In this document: in pieces, positions 55,008 to 64,000 of the stretch | Layout: every line of letters starts with the position of its first letter | How positions within the stretch are numbered: the stretch's first letter is position 1 | Source of the DNA: a virus | Lineage: Duplodnaviria > Caudoviricetes | Direction: 5' to 3' (one strand) | IMG/VR virus record: IMGVR_UViG_3300025383_000009 | Length of the DNA: 64,000 nucleotides | Notes under the pieces: model-generated | What the model was told of the DNA's origin: nothing | The model's input: the letters and a program-made list of their open reading frames with translations, nothing else | Database searches by the model: none | Position numbers and translations under genes: made by a program

Positions 55008-56302
55008 TATTGTCCACCTTTATTCAAATCAACTATAAACGAATCTTTAATTAGTTCCATCTTACATTGATGTGCATCCCTATCTATCGAATGGTTGATA
55101 GCTGATATCACATAGTTACCTGAGAACATCTTATCTTGTATATCTTTTGATGAGTCAGATGATTGTATTGGATTAAACTTATTTAAGTTAAGGAATACCT
55201 TTTGTCCTACTGTATAATCTGTCCTACCAGGAACCAAGATCTCAACCCTTGTAGCCATAGCTTGCTGCATCAATGACATCCTTTGTTGTATGCCAGCAGT
55301 GTTGGTCGTATCAGTATAGCTGTTAAAGCTGCCGTAGTATTTACTGTAGTCAAACACTGTGGATGCAGACCTACGAACAGAGGCGTTAGAAGCAACAGGA
55401 TAATCGTTTAAGTGTTTGTTGTTCTTAAAGTCTGTAAGCATATCATAGTTCTTTACGACGAACTTCTTAGTAGTCACATCAAAGGTAATCATCTTAGAAG
55501 CATACATACCAGACCTTGCTCTGTCAAGGTAATCAAAAGCTTTTGGTATACTTATCTCAATGATACGTTGGTACTCTGCAGGTATATCACGATAGCTTCG
55601 ACCATCTGGTGTAAACGTACGCATGAAGTTATCTGATATAAATGTTTGTACTACATTAGAAGTATATAGGTTTTCAAGAGATACGAAGTTTAAACCTTTC
55701 CTGCTCTCAAAGAATAGGTACGATAAGGAATTGTTTTGGTTTAAAGAATACTCTGCCACATGGTTGATACTCTTTACAGGAGACCAATAGTTTGCGATGA
55801 ACTTTGTACTATTCGCTGTGTCTTCTATGTTAATGTTTTTCTTTGACTCTAAGCCATTGACAGTATCTTTAATGATAGTCTTTATTATGTCAGAACACTT
55901 GCCTTTATACGGTACACTGACTTTCTTATTAACATCGACTAAAGCTTCCCTTGATATGAAGTGTAGTTCATAGATAGCATTCCTATTACCCTGTGTCTCT
56001 CTGTTTGTCATCTTATAGATGTAGAACTGGTCATTGATGACGTTAGCTGGTCCTGTCATAGAAGGGGTATGGATAGCTATATTAACATACTCTTCACCAA
56101 CAAATGGGAATAAGTTAGCAAGGTCTAATGAGTCTTTAAACGCCATTACACCAGATATGAACGGAGAGAATAAGTCTTCATAGATCTCAAGAGCTATGAC
56201 TTGGTTGGTGACTTCCTGACCATACCCGTTTGCAGATATGATCTGTATCTTGTCTATGCTGACGTCGCCAGCAAACCGTATGACTTCAGCGGTCGCGCTC
56301 AT
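55007..56302 (-). CDS. Baseplate hub protein (gp27-like)
   Basis: IYEDLFSPFISG, YLFFE..GLNFVSLE, VPG...TVG..V.L, SGNYVISAINH; lies between gp53 and gp5. Confidence 0.55.
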   Translation of the reverse strand: MSATAEVIRFAGDVSIDKIQIISANGYGQEVTNQVIALEIYEDLFSPFISGVMAFKDSLDLANLFPFVGEEYVNIAIHTPSMTGPANVINDQFYIYKMTNRETQGNRNAIYELHFISREALVDVNKKVSVPYKGKCSDIIKTIIKDTVNGLESKKNINIEDTANSTKFIANYWSPVKSINHVAEYSLNQNNSLSYLFFESRKGLNFVSLENLYTSNVVQTFISDNFMRTFTPDGRSYRDIPAEYQRIIEISIPKAFDYLDRARSGMYASKMITFDVTTKKFVVKNYDMLTDFKNNKHLNDYPVASNASVRRSASTVFDYSKYYGSFNSYTDTTNTAGIQQRMSLMQQAMATRVEILVPGRTDYTVGQKVFLNLNKFNPIQSSDSSKDIQDKMFSGNYVISAINHSIDRDAHQCKMELIKDSFIVDLNKGGQ

Positions 56303-56796
56303 TATATAATGTCTTGGAAGTTTTGTAAGATTGTATTAAGTAGCGAAGGAGAGATTAGTTTGATTCGTCGTTTACTTTCATTGACAGATATTTCATAATC
56401 AAAGTTACTTACCGATGCTGCACCCTCTGCGTTTGAGTTAACTACATATCCATTACGATCTACATAATGATGGGTGTTATACTCATTACCTGCACCATAC
56501 TTGTTTGTTACGTATTGACTTAGTTCTTGCTGTGGTAGTGGAAAGTCGTTTATATAGTCAAAGTTTTCATTGCATAGCATGACTACCCAATGATAGTATG
56601 GGCTACCATATACTTTCTCAGCTATGATCTCAGGAGTCTCACCATCCACAACGTCATATTGATCATATAGTGTAACGTTTGAAAGGATAGCAGTCCTTAC
56701 CCTAACGTTTGTAGTTACGTCAGTGACTAATTTATAGACAGTCTTACCATTGATCTGGTAGGGATATAAGAACGTTGGAAATTGATCGAAGTACAT
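56302..56796 (-). CDS. gp53: Baseplate wedge protein gp53 (LysM-like)
   Basis: YFDQFP, YDVVDGETPEIIAEKVYGSPYYHWVVML.N, NE.KRRIKL. Confidence 0.9.
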   Translation of the reverse strand: MYFDQFPTFLYPYQINGKTVYKLVTDVTTNVRVRTAILSNVTLYDQYDVVDGETPEIIAEKVYGSPYYHWVVMLCNENFDYINDFPLPQQELSQYVTNKYGAGNEYNTHHYVDRNGYVVNSNAEGAASVSNFDYEISVNESKRRIKLISPSLLNTILQNFQDII

Positions 56797-56799
56797 ATA

Positions 56800-57816
56800 T
56801 TATAGACCGTCCTGAATCTTCTCTTTTGTAAGGGTTGCAAGTTCTTTAAACACAAGAGTTATGTTGATTTGTGTAGGGTTACCATTATCAAACGAAGTAA
56901 ACTGACCGTTTGGTGAATAGTCAACTGTCATGTCTGTAAGTACACATGATGTATGTCTATTGATGTATAAGTTTTCCTGTGTACCATTATAGTAGAATAT
57001 ATCAAACTCAGAAGGATAGACGTATAAGAAGTTCTGTGCATCTTTAAACTCAGGATGCATATGAAGCTTAAACTGGTAGATGATGTTCTGTACATTTGCT
57101 GCTTCTTGAGCGTTTCTTGGATAGAATTGGTACTCAAACGTAAAGTCTCGGAACTCTACGCCTTTAAATATCTGTTCTTTCCTTGGATTTGGTGCTAGTC
57201 CAGTAAGCTTAGAGAACCCACCTGTACCAGGTATACTTAATCCAGCAGCAATAGCTGCAGCAGTTCCTTGGTTTGCTGCATCTTTTGAGATGTTAGATCC
57301 GCCTTTCTTCTCAGAGGCTTTCTTGAGTGCAGCTGTACCAGCTATGATACCTCCAATGATCTCATTATTTTCTGGTTCATAGTTAATAGTATACTTTGTA
57401 GACATCGTATTAGGATTGTGTAAAGCTATGGCTGTAGCTAATCGTCTTGTTTGTGCTGAGAACGAAGCTCCAAGTTTTTGTTCAGCTTCAGCTATTGGAC
57501 CTGATGCACCTTGTGTAGCAGTAGCTTGTCTTACTTGAGCAGCAAGGTCACTGTTATCTCGTGGAGTTAAGTCTTGTACTGTCTGTACTTGACCGTCTTT
57601 GATTAGCTTTGAGTCTGCTTGAGCGTTGATATAGAATATAACGTAGTTATTACCATACTCACCCAATGAACCCATTAAGTCTAAAGGATAAGAGAATGAA
57701 TCTACTTTATACTTGTTACTATCAAATGTAGCTGGTCCACCTCTAGCTGCATAAGTACTACTTCCAGAGTAATCACCTAACTTAACAGGGGTACCAGTAG
57801 TTTGGGTCGTTGCCAT
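56800..57816 (-). CDS. gp48: Baseplate tail-tube cap gp48
   Basis: APNP.KEQIFKGVEFRDFTFEYQFYPRN.QEA..V.NII..FK, YPSEFDI, VLTDMTVDYSPNG. Confidence 0.85.
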   Translation of the reverse strand: MATTQTTGTPVKLGDYSGSSTYAARGGPATFDSNKYKVDSFSYPLDLMGSLGEYGNNYVIFYINAQADSKLIKDGQVQTVQDLTPRDNSDLAAQVRQATATQGASGPIAEAEQKLGASFSAQTRRLATAIALHNPNTMSTKYTINYEPENNEIIGGIIAGTAALKKASEKKGGSNISKDAANQGTAAAIAAGLSIPGTGGFSKLTGLAPNPRKEQIFKGVEFRDFTFEYQFYPRNAQEAANVQNIIYQFKLHMHPEFKDAQNFLYVYPSEFDIFYYNGTQENLYINRHTSCVLTDMTVDYSPNGQFTSFDNGNPTQINITLVFKELATLTKEKIQDGL

Positions 57817-57840
57817 TTATAATCCTAAACGTTTATTGTT

Positions 57841-57848
57841 TATTTATA
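57841..57848 (-). promoter_or_regulatory. T4-type late promoter in the divergent gp48/gp4 intergenic region
   Basis: TATAAATA on the minus strand; a near-consensus AATAAATA overlaps it on the plus strand facing gp4. Confidence 0.65.
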
Positions 57849-57861
57849 ATAAATACCATAG

Positions 57862-58299
57862 ATGTTCCATAAACGAATGTACAAGCCAATGTTTCCTGAG
57901 AAGTACGAGGGAGACCCCACTAATATAGTGATGAGATCAAGCTGGGAGACCCGCTTTGCATCATGGTGTGATAAGAACCCATCAGTAGTCAAGTGGCTGT
58001 CAGAGGAGACAATCATACCTTATAGGTGTCCCACTGATAACAGGATCCACAGGTACTTTGTAGACTTTAAGATAAAGGTTCGTACGAAAGATAACCAGAT
58101 CAAGACATACCTCGTTGAGGTTAAACCTGCCAAACAAACCCAACCACCAGAGTTTCCAGGTCGTCAGACCAAAAGATACCTCACAGAGTCACTCACGTTC
58201 ATGAAGAACCAAGCAAAGTGGAGAGCTGCAAACGAATGGTGTAAAGACCGGAATTGGGAATTCATCATCATAACCGAGAACGAACTAGGTCTAAATTAG
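57862..58299 (+). CDS. gp4: Head completion nuclease gp4
   Basis: YKP..PEKY.GDPTNIV.RSSWE..F..WCD.NP.V..W.SEE..IPY, HRYFVDF, EVKP, NQAKW.AA..WC. Confidence 0.93.
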   Translation: MFHKRMYKPMFPEKYEGDPTNIVMRSSWETRFASWCDKNPSVVKWLSEETIIPYRCPTDNRIHRYFVDFKIKVRTKDNQIKTYLVEVKPAKQTQPPEFPGRQTKRYLTESLTFMKNQAKWRAANEWCKDRNWEFIIITENELGLN

Positions 58300-58301
58300 C
58301 A

Positions 58302-58309
58302 TATAAATA
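58302..58309 (+). promoter_or_regulatory. T4-type late promoter TATAAATA upstream of gp2
   Basis: Exact motif between the gp4 stop and the gp2 start. Confidence 0.65.
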
Positions 58310-58313
58310 ACAA

Positions 58314-58907
58314 ATGGCTACAAAACAACAACTAAGAGATGTATTTGCTAAAAACCAATACGAGTTAAAAGACGCAGCAAAGAGATCTCGTACATGGTTC
58401 CAGCAGCAAGCTAGGTTATTACAGACACAAGCTATAACTCCAAATAAAGTATTAAAGGGAGATGCAAGCGCTAACGTGACTTCTATACAACCTGGAAGCT
58501 TGTACATGTTCTTATATGATCCAAAGACAAAAGACGACCTACCATACTATGACGTGTTTCCTCTTGTATTCCCATATAAGAAGATAGGTAACAAAGGGTT
58601 TATTGGGTTAAACATGCATTATCTACCATACTACCATCGTGTACAGCTATTACAAAGACTGATGGAGTATGCAAGTAATACAAAGATGAATGATACAACA
58701 AAGCTTAAGTATTCATGGAACTTAATAAATGGGGTGTCTAGGTTTAAATGGGCAGAACCATGTATCCACCAGTATCTAAATAGTCATATTAAATCAAATA
58801 TGAGGAAGATATCACCACAAGACTGGACGACAGCTATGCTATTACCTGTAGAGCAGTTTGTAGGTGCAAATAAAGCAACAGTCTGGAAGGACTCAGTAGG
58901 AGCATAA
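58314..58907 (+). CDS. gp2: DNA end-protector protein gp2
   Basis: PGSLYMFLYDPKTK..LPYYDVFPLV, GFIGLNMHYLP, PCIHQYL..HI.S, DW..A.LLP.EQF. Confidence 0.92.
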   Translation: MATKQQLRDVFAKNQYELKDAAKRSRTWFQQQARLLQTQAITPNKVLKGDASANVTSIQPGSLYMFLYDPKTKDDLPYYDVFPLVFPYKKIGNKGFIGLNMHYLPYYHRVQLLQRLMEYASNTKMNDTTKLKYSWNLINGVSRFKWAEPCIHQYLNSHIKSNMRKISPQDWTTAMLLPVEQFVGANKATVWKDSVGA

Positions 58908-59584
58908 TGGCTACTTTAAACCAATTCATATCATCTATAGCTAATGAAGGCCTAATGAAGATGTCACGTTTCAACGTGACCTTTACTCCGCCTAATGCTA
59001 TAGCTGATGGTCCTTACTTAAGGGATCTCAGGAAAATATTACTGTACTGTGATACTATCAGCTTACCAGGTTTATCATTAGCTACCACAGAAGCAAAGAC
59101 GTTTGGTGAAATAAGAGAGATGCCATATCAAAAGCTCTTTGAAACTACCAACATGACTTTCTATGTAGATAACGCTATGATAGTTAAACTTCTGTTTGAT
59201 AATTGGATTGGAGCAGTACAAGATCCTGTAACAAGGTCTTTTAATTACTATGATGACTACATAACAGATATGTCAGTAGAAGTATTTGATGTCAATGAAA
59301 ACAGTAGATACACACTAAACATGTATCAGTGTTATCCTAAGGCCATAGGCGCTATACAAATGGACTATCAAAGTAAAGACCTAATGAAAGTAAGCGTTAC
59401 GATGAACTATAAATACTGGACTGCTGTAGGTTCTAAGAGCTCTATAAATGGAGATATATCTCCTGTACCTAATGCATACTTTACTAATTTTAATCAGTTC
59501 CAAACTGGAGTAAATCAAGGCATGCCACCTCCGCCTCCTCCAATACAGAACGTAACTAATACAATACCAACGCCACAATTTTAA
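58907..59584 (+). CDS. gp54: Tail tube initiator gp54 (gp19 fold)
   Basis: SRFNV, CDTISLPG, MPY, TFYVD, FDNW...QDP, CYP..IG.I...Y. Confidence 0.72.
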   Translation: MATLNQFISSIANEGLMKMSRFNVTFTPPNAIADGPYLRDLRKILLYCDTISLPGLSLATTEAKTFGEIREMPYQKLFETTNMTFYVDNAMIVKLLFDNWIGAVQDPVTRSFNYYDDYITDMSVEVFDVNENSRYTLNMYQCYPKAIGAIQMDYQSKDLMKVSVTMNYKYWTAVGSKSSINGDISPVPNAYFTNFNQFQTGVNQGMPPPPPPIQNVTNTIPTPQF

Positions 59585-59594
59585 GGAGAGAGAA

Positions 59595-60071
59595 ATGGCT
59601 GCAGCAAAAGAAGATTTTATGACCACAAAATGGAGACCGATGATGGCTATGACATACATGGCTACTATCATATTTGACTTCATTGTAGGACCGATCATAT
59701 TCAACGTATTACAATACTGGAATCCAGGTCAGGCAGTTACAAGTTGGACACCACTAACACTACAAGGCGGTGGTCTATATCACCTTGCAATGGGTGCTAT
59801 CCTTGGTATCTCAGCTCTTACACGCGGACAAGAGAAGATCGCTCAAATTAATGCAGGTGCAAATGATCCAGCACCACAAGCTCCTGTGATGAACTTACCA
59901 GTTGGTAATACACCACAACAAACATGGGCACAAGATCCAGTACAACAACAATCAGTACAACAAGCTCCTGTGACAGTTGATGTCTCAGTTGGTGCTCCAC
60001 CTCCAGCATTTGGTGCACCACCAGTTGCAGATCCAACAGTAAGAGCAACACCTACACGTAAGATTACGTAA
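59595..60071 (+). CDS. Holin-like membrane protein (GTA 3TM-holin-like family)
   Basis: WRPMMAMTYM..IIFDF, hydrophobic helices, W.PLTLQGGGLYHLAMGAILG, RGQEK; Pro/Gln-rich tail. Confidence 0.6.
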   Translation: MAAAKEDFMTTKWRPMMAMTYMATIIFDFIVGPIIFNVLQYWNPGQAVTSWTPLTLQGGGLYHLAMGAILGISALTRGQEKIAQINAGANDPAPQAPVMNLPVGNTPQQTWAQDPVQQQSVQQAPVTVDVSVGAPPPAFGAPPVADPTVRATPTRKIT

Positions 60072-60086
60072 TATAAAGGTATTATT

Positions 60087-60521
60087 ATGAAAGCTGATGA
60101 AAATTTATCAAAGATTTTTGATGTAGAACCTCTTAAACAGGGTGAAGTTGCAAGCACGGGACAAGAGATTGTCCCAGCTTCAAACAAGATGGAAGAGAAC
60201 GTGGATTATGACTATGACTCAGCTCGTAATAATCTACATAAATTATTGAATCAAGGACAAGATGCATTATATCATGCTTTGGAAATAGCCAAGCAATCTG
60301 AGCATCCAAGAGCCTTTGAGGTTGTAGGTAACTTAATGAAACAGTTAGCTGACACTAATGAACAACTGTTAACACTAAGTGAACGTAAGCAAAAACTAGA
60401 TGCTCCTAAGCAGCAAGATGGAAATGCATCTGGTAAGCAAGTGACGAATAACAACGCGATATTCGTGGGATCTACTTCAGAACTATCTAAAATGATTAAA
60501 AACCTGAATAAAAATGATTAA
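60087..60521 (+). CDS. gp16: Terminase small subunit gp16
   Basis: DYDSARNNL..L...GQDAL..ALE.A..SEHPRAFEV...L.K..AD....L..L, NNNAIFVGSTSEL.KM. Confidence 0.82.
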   Translation: MKADENLSKIFDVEPLKQGEVASTGQEIVPASNKMEENVDYDYDSARNNLHKLLNQGQDALYHALEIAKQSEHPRAFEVVGNLMKQLADTNEQLLTLSERKQKLDAPKQQDGNASGKQVTNNNAIFVGSTSELSKMIKNLNKND

Positions 60522-61086
60522 ACCTACATATCTTTATATTAAACATCATACTATAACTGGAATGAATTATTTCGGTAAAACTACACGAAATGATATTGAT
60601 AAGTATTTAGGATCTGGTAAATATTGGATTAATCATATAAACAAGCATGGTAAAGAGCATGTTATAACTATGTGGGTTTCTGAGCCATTTATTGATAAAA
60701 GCAAATTAATTAAATATGCTAAGCTTATATCAGAAGAATTTAATATAGTTAACTCTGATAAATGGGCAAATTTAAGAGAAGAAAATGGAATTGATGGTGC
60801 ACCTATAGGATACAGTCATTCAGACGAATCTAGAAAAATAATGTCTGAATCACACAAAGGTATTAGTAATAAAATCAGTGATGAAGCAAAAAAGAGAATG
60901 TCAGAAGCACAAAAGAAAAGAATTATTACTAAGGAACACAGAGCTAAAATTGGACTTAGTATATCGCAAAACACAAAGGGCAAATTGAAACCTAAAACAA
61001 TATGTCCAGTATGTGGTGTGACAGGAGGAAACAACGTTATGAAACGTTGGCATTTTAATAATTGTAAAAATAATGTAGGAGAATAG
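60514..61086 (+). mobile_element. Free-standing GIY-YIG-like homing endonuclease (paralog of 12749-13429)
   Basis: Same N-terminal domain (TYLYIK...YFGKT..YLGSG) and same CPxC..WHFNNC end; AT-rich. Confidence 0.75.
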
Positions 61087-61087
61087 T

Positions 61088-61801
61088 ATGGCATTACCAA
61101 TTAATACCACGCCGGTATATACGTTAACGTTACCTTCAACAGGTAAAGATATTAAGTATAGGCCATTTTTAGTAAAAGAAGAGAAAGCATTACTGATCGC
61201 TAATCAATCAGAAGACATTAAGGTCATGGTTGAGTCTCTTAAACAAGTCATCAAGGCTTGTATTAAGGATACAGTAGATGTCAATACATTCTCTACGTTT
61301 GACCTTGAATACGTGTTTACACAGATTCGAGCAAAGTCTGTAGGTGAGATGGTTGACTTGTATCTTAAATGCGATACATGTGAAGATGAAAAAGCAGTAG
61401 CAAAGGTTACTATTGATCTTACTACTCTAACTGTTGAAAAAGATCCAAGTCATACAAATAAGATAGGATTATTTAGTGATGTAGGTGTCATCATGAAATA
61501 TCCTACAGTTGATGTAGTTAATAGATTACAAAACATCGATCAAACCGACATGGATGAAGTATTTTCATTAGTGATTGATTGTATAGATTCAATTTATACA
61601 TCTGACGAGATGTTTTCAACTAAAGATCAGACAAAAGCAGAATTAATGGAGTTCTTAAACAACCTTACTTCTGATCAGTTTGCAAAGATCCAGGCATTCT
61701 TTGAGACTATGCCTAAGTTGCAACACACTATTGATTATACATGCCCGGTATGTAACAAAGAGCATCATAAAGTATTAGAGGGACTCAACAGTTTTTTTTA
61801 A
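61088..61801 (+). CDS. gp26: Baseplate hub assembly protein gp26
   Basis: ALP....P.Y...LPS.G..IKYRPFLVKEEK.LL.A, FDLEY.F..IRAKSVGE, CxxC twice, ends EGLNSFF. Confidence 0.9.
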   Translation: MALPINTTPVYTLTLPSTGKDIKYRPFLVKEEKALLIANQSEDIKVMVESLKQVIKACIKDTVDVNTFSTFDLEYVFTQIRAKSVGEMVDLYLKCDTCEDEKAVAKVTIDLTTLTVEKDPSHTNKIGLFSDVGVIMKYPTVDVVNRLQNIDQTDMDEVFSLVIDCIDSIYTSDEMFSTKDQTKAELMEFLNNLTSDQFAKIQAFFETMPKLQHTIDYTCPVCNKEHHKVLEGLNSFF

Positions 61802-61839
61802 TTAATCTCTCTCATGAGTCATTGCATAATTACTATAAG

Positions 61840-61980
61840 ATGAATTTTGCACTGATGCAGTATCACCATTATGCACTAAGTGATATAGAAAACATGATAC
61901 CATTTGAGAGAGAAATCTATGTGGCTATGTTGATTAAGTACTTAGAAGAAGAAAAGAAAAGGATAGAGAGTAGAAGGTAA
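61840..61980 (+). CDS. gp51: Baseplate hub assembly catalyst gp51-like (absent from the ORF track; may be expressed as a gp26 -1 frameshift fusion)
   Basis: Manual translation MNFALMQYHHYALSDIENMIPFEREIYVAMLIKYLEEEKKRIESRR; frame is open back to the T8 run at 61792. Confidence 0.78.
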   Translation: MNFALMQYHHYALSDIENMIPFEREIYVAMLIKYLEEEKKRIESRR

Positions 61981-63611
61981 TGGCAAAGAAACAAGATCCT
62001 AGTATGAACTTATCTTATATACTTAAGAAGCAGGAAGAAGAAAAACTTTCTGGCTTAAGTGCTAATGTTGCGTCTCAGTTGACAGAAGCTGGAGTAAATC
62101 CTACAGCTACACCGAAAGAAGCTACTCGACAATCAACTAAAGAAAAGCCAACACCTCAACTTAATATAACTCCAGTATTAACTGAACTAAAATCACTTAA
62201 CAATAATATGTTAAAAGTAGTAAAATCCATGGCAGAAAACAATGGATTACTTAAGACTCTTGTTAAGAATTCTAAGGAAGCTAAGTCATCTAAAAATAAT
62301 CTTACTGAAGATAAACTTGAAGATCAAAACTTTAAAGACAAGTTAATGGATTTAATAATTGGTATCAAAGCTGGTACTGATAAGATTGAGAAGCCTAAGA
62401 AAGGTTTCTTTGATGATTTAGGTAAATGGGCTGCAGGACTTGCTTTAGCTCTTGGTGCACTTATTGGTTGGATTCAAGCTAAAGTTAAGTTCTTGTCTAG
62501 ATTTATCCCAGATAACTTATTAGAATCAGTTAAAAAAAGGTTTGCAAATATTGGTAAGTTCTTTGAAGAACTAATAGCTCCACTTAAAGAAAGATTTGGT
62601 AAAGCATTTGGAAAAATAGCAGCATTCTTTGAACAAACTTTTAGTAAAATTAAGAAGTTACTTAGCTTTGATAAAGAGGCTAGTATTTTTGCAGAACTAG
62701 GTAAAGCTTTTAAAGCGTTCATATCACCATTTAAAAATGCATTTAGGATCTTAAGAGTCTTAGTATCTGGCCCTATAAAAGAAGTTGAAGGCATATTTAG
62801 TGGTATAGCAAAGTTTGTTAAGACATTTAGCGGAGTTATAGGTAAAGTAGCATCAATAATAAAAATTATTGGAGAACCAATCCTAATCATCATGGCTATC
62901 TATGATACGGTAAAAGGTGCAATTGAAGGGTTCAAAAAAGAAGGTATAGTTGGTGCAGTTAAAGGTGCATTAAAAGGATTATTCGATGCAACTATTGGAG
63001 GGTTCTTAGACTTAATTAAAGATATAGGATCTTGGGTACTAGAAAAGATTGGGTTTAAATCAGCTGCTAAGTTTTTAGATTCATTCTCGTTTAAAGATTT
63101 ATACAGTAAATTCTTGGACTTAATGTTTGCCCCAGCAAAATGGTTCCAAGATATGCTATTATCTTTATGGAATACTGTTAAGAGTATACAGATAGGACCA
63201 TTTAGTATATTCGGTAAGAAACTTGGTCCATGGAAACCTTTTGCATCTTTAGGTGGAAGTGATACATCGACACCGTCTGATAATACAAGTGCATCACCAA
63301 CTTCTTCAGAATCATCTGATAATACAAGTGCAACACCTACGCCGACACCTGCGACATCAGTAAGTCCAGCATCAAATAGTGTACAATCATCTGATCTAGC
63401 TCCATCAAGCAGACAAACAGCTGATACTGTTTATACAAGATCTGGAGAAAATGCTGGTATAGCACAAGCTTCTCCAGCTTCAGCACCAGTTTCAGTGGTT
63501 AATGCACCAACGACAATAACAAAACAAACATCTAATAACTTGATTAAGCTCCCGGTACGGGATGAAGATACTACTATCCAGCAGTATTATAGATCAAGGT
63601 TCGCATATTAA
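61980..63611 (+). CDS. Tape-measure-like protein (gp29-like)
   Basis: Long amphipathic helical repeats with periodic F/W residues, Ser/Thr-rich C-terminus; follows gp26/gp51. Confidence 0.55.
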   Translation: MAKKQDPSMNLSYILKKQEEEKLSGLSANVASQLTEAGVNPTATPKEATRQSTKEKPTPQLNITPVLTELKSLNNNMLKVVKSMAENNGLLKTLVKNSKEAKSSKNNLTEDKLEDQNFKDKLMDLIIGIKAGTDKIEKPKKGFFDDLGKWAAGLALALGALIGWIQAKVKFLSRFIPDNLLESVKKRFANIGKFFEELIAPLKERFGKAFGKIAAFFEQTFSKIKKLLSFDKEASIFAELGKAFKAFISPFKNAFRILRVLVSGPIKEVEGIFSGIAKFVKTFSGVIGKVASIIKIIGEPILIIMAIYDTVKGAIEGFKKEGIVGAVKGALKGLFDATIGGFLDLIKDIGSWVLEKIGFKSAAKFLDSFSFKDLYSKFLDLMFAPAKWFQDMLLSLWNTVKSIQIGPFSIFGKKLGPWKPFASLGGSDTSTPSDNTSASPTSSESSDNTSATPTPTPATSVSPASNSVQSSDLAPSSRQTADTVYTRSGENAGIAQASPASAPVSVVNAPTTITKQTSNNLIKLPVRDEDTTIQQYYRSRFAY

Positions 63612-63612
63612 A

Positions 63613-63634
63613 AAAGGGAGCTTTCGCTCCCTTT
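63613..63634. terminator. Bidirectional rho-independent terminator between convergent genes
   Basis: AAAGGGAGC-TTTC-GCTCCCTTT; on the minus strand a GAAA tetraloop followed by T6. Confidence 0.85.
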
Positions 63635-63637
63635 CTC

Positions 63638-64000
63638 TTATCCTTCGTCAGCTATCTTCTGAAAGAAACTCATATCGAATTCATCATCCGCATTGATCTC
63701 AGGCGCCTTTGATGCTATCGTAGGGGCTGGAGCCGATGGGTATGATGGAGGTGGAGCTACTGGCAACGGATCAGCTGATAGTTGTTCTGCTGTCGGTGTT
63801 GCTGTACCACCACTCAATACTGCATCTAACTTAGCTTTTAACTCGTCATATGACTTAAAGTTAGAAGCAGCAAGAAACTCTGACAGTTTGTGTTGAGCGT
63901 TTACTACTTCAAGGATACCTTCATCTGTAGATGCCACTGAAGTAGGTTCTGCAAACACTGATTGGTCATAGTTAGGATAACCTTCAACAGTACGCATACG
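63638..64000 (-). CDS. gp32: Single-stranded DNA-binding protein gp32 (C-terminal part; runs off the right edge)
   Basis: NYDQSVF, LSEF....FKSYDELKAKLDAVL, acidic end DDEFDMSFFQKIADEG. Confidence 0.88.
   Translation of the reverse strand, partial: RMRTVEGYPNYDQSVFAEPTSVASTDEGILEVVNAQHKLSEFLAASNFKSYDELKAKLDAVLSGGTATPTAEQLSADPLPVAPPPSYPSAPAPTIASKAPEINADDEFDMSFFQKIADEG

Overview
This window is the late/morphogenesis region of a large T4-superfamily myophage, probably aquatic; the host cannot be assigned from this window. From 1 to 57.8 kb almost everything is on the minus strand: gp48, gp53, gp27-like hub, gp5, PAAR gp5.4, gp25, gp6, gp7, gp8, a DUF4815/VrlC-like giant structural protein and the gp13 start. 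A plus-strand block at 57.9-63.6 kb holds gp4, gp2, gp54, a holin, gp16, gp26, gp51 and a tape-measure-like gene, and converges on the gp32 C-terminus at a shared terminator. The accessory load is large: seven Thr/Ser-rich Gly-X-Y collagen-like fibre proteins, three RCC1-type beta-propellers, two free-standing GIY-YIG-like endonucleases, and two cassettes of glycosyl-, methyl- and sulfotransferase, APS-kinase and 2OG-oxygenase genes. The best candidate for an undescribed system is 28.2-32.3 kb. Three paralogous small fibre-like proteins share an N-terminal motif and end in (Asn-Cys)n tails, and are followed in one operon by an Ig-like protein, a 2OG-Fe(II) oxygenase and a radical SAM/SPASM enzyme. 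This looks like a RiPP-like post-translational modification system acting on virion proteins. Other highlights are a probable -1 frameshift fusing gp26 to gp51, an identical 18-nt late/sigma70 composite promoter heading both enzyme cassettes, and a gp5 carrying both a lysozyme and an M15 peptidase. All family assignments come from motif recognition by eye; no database search was run.
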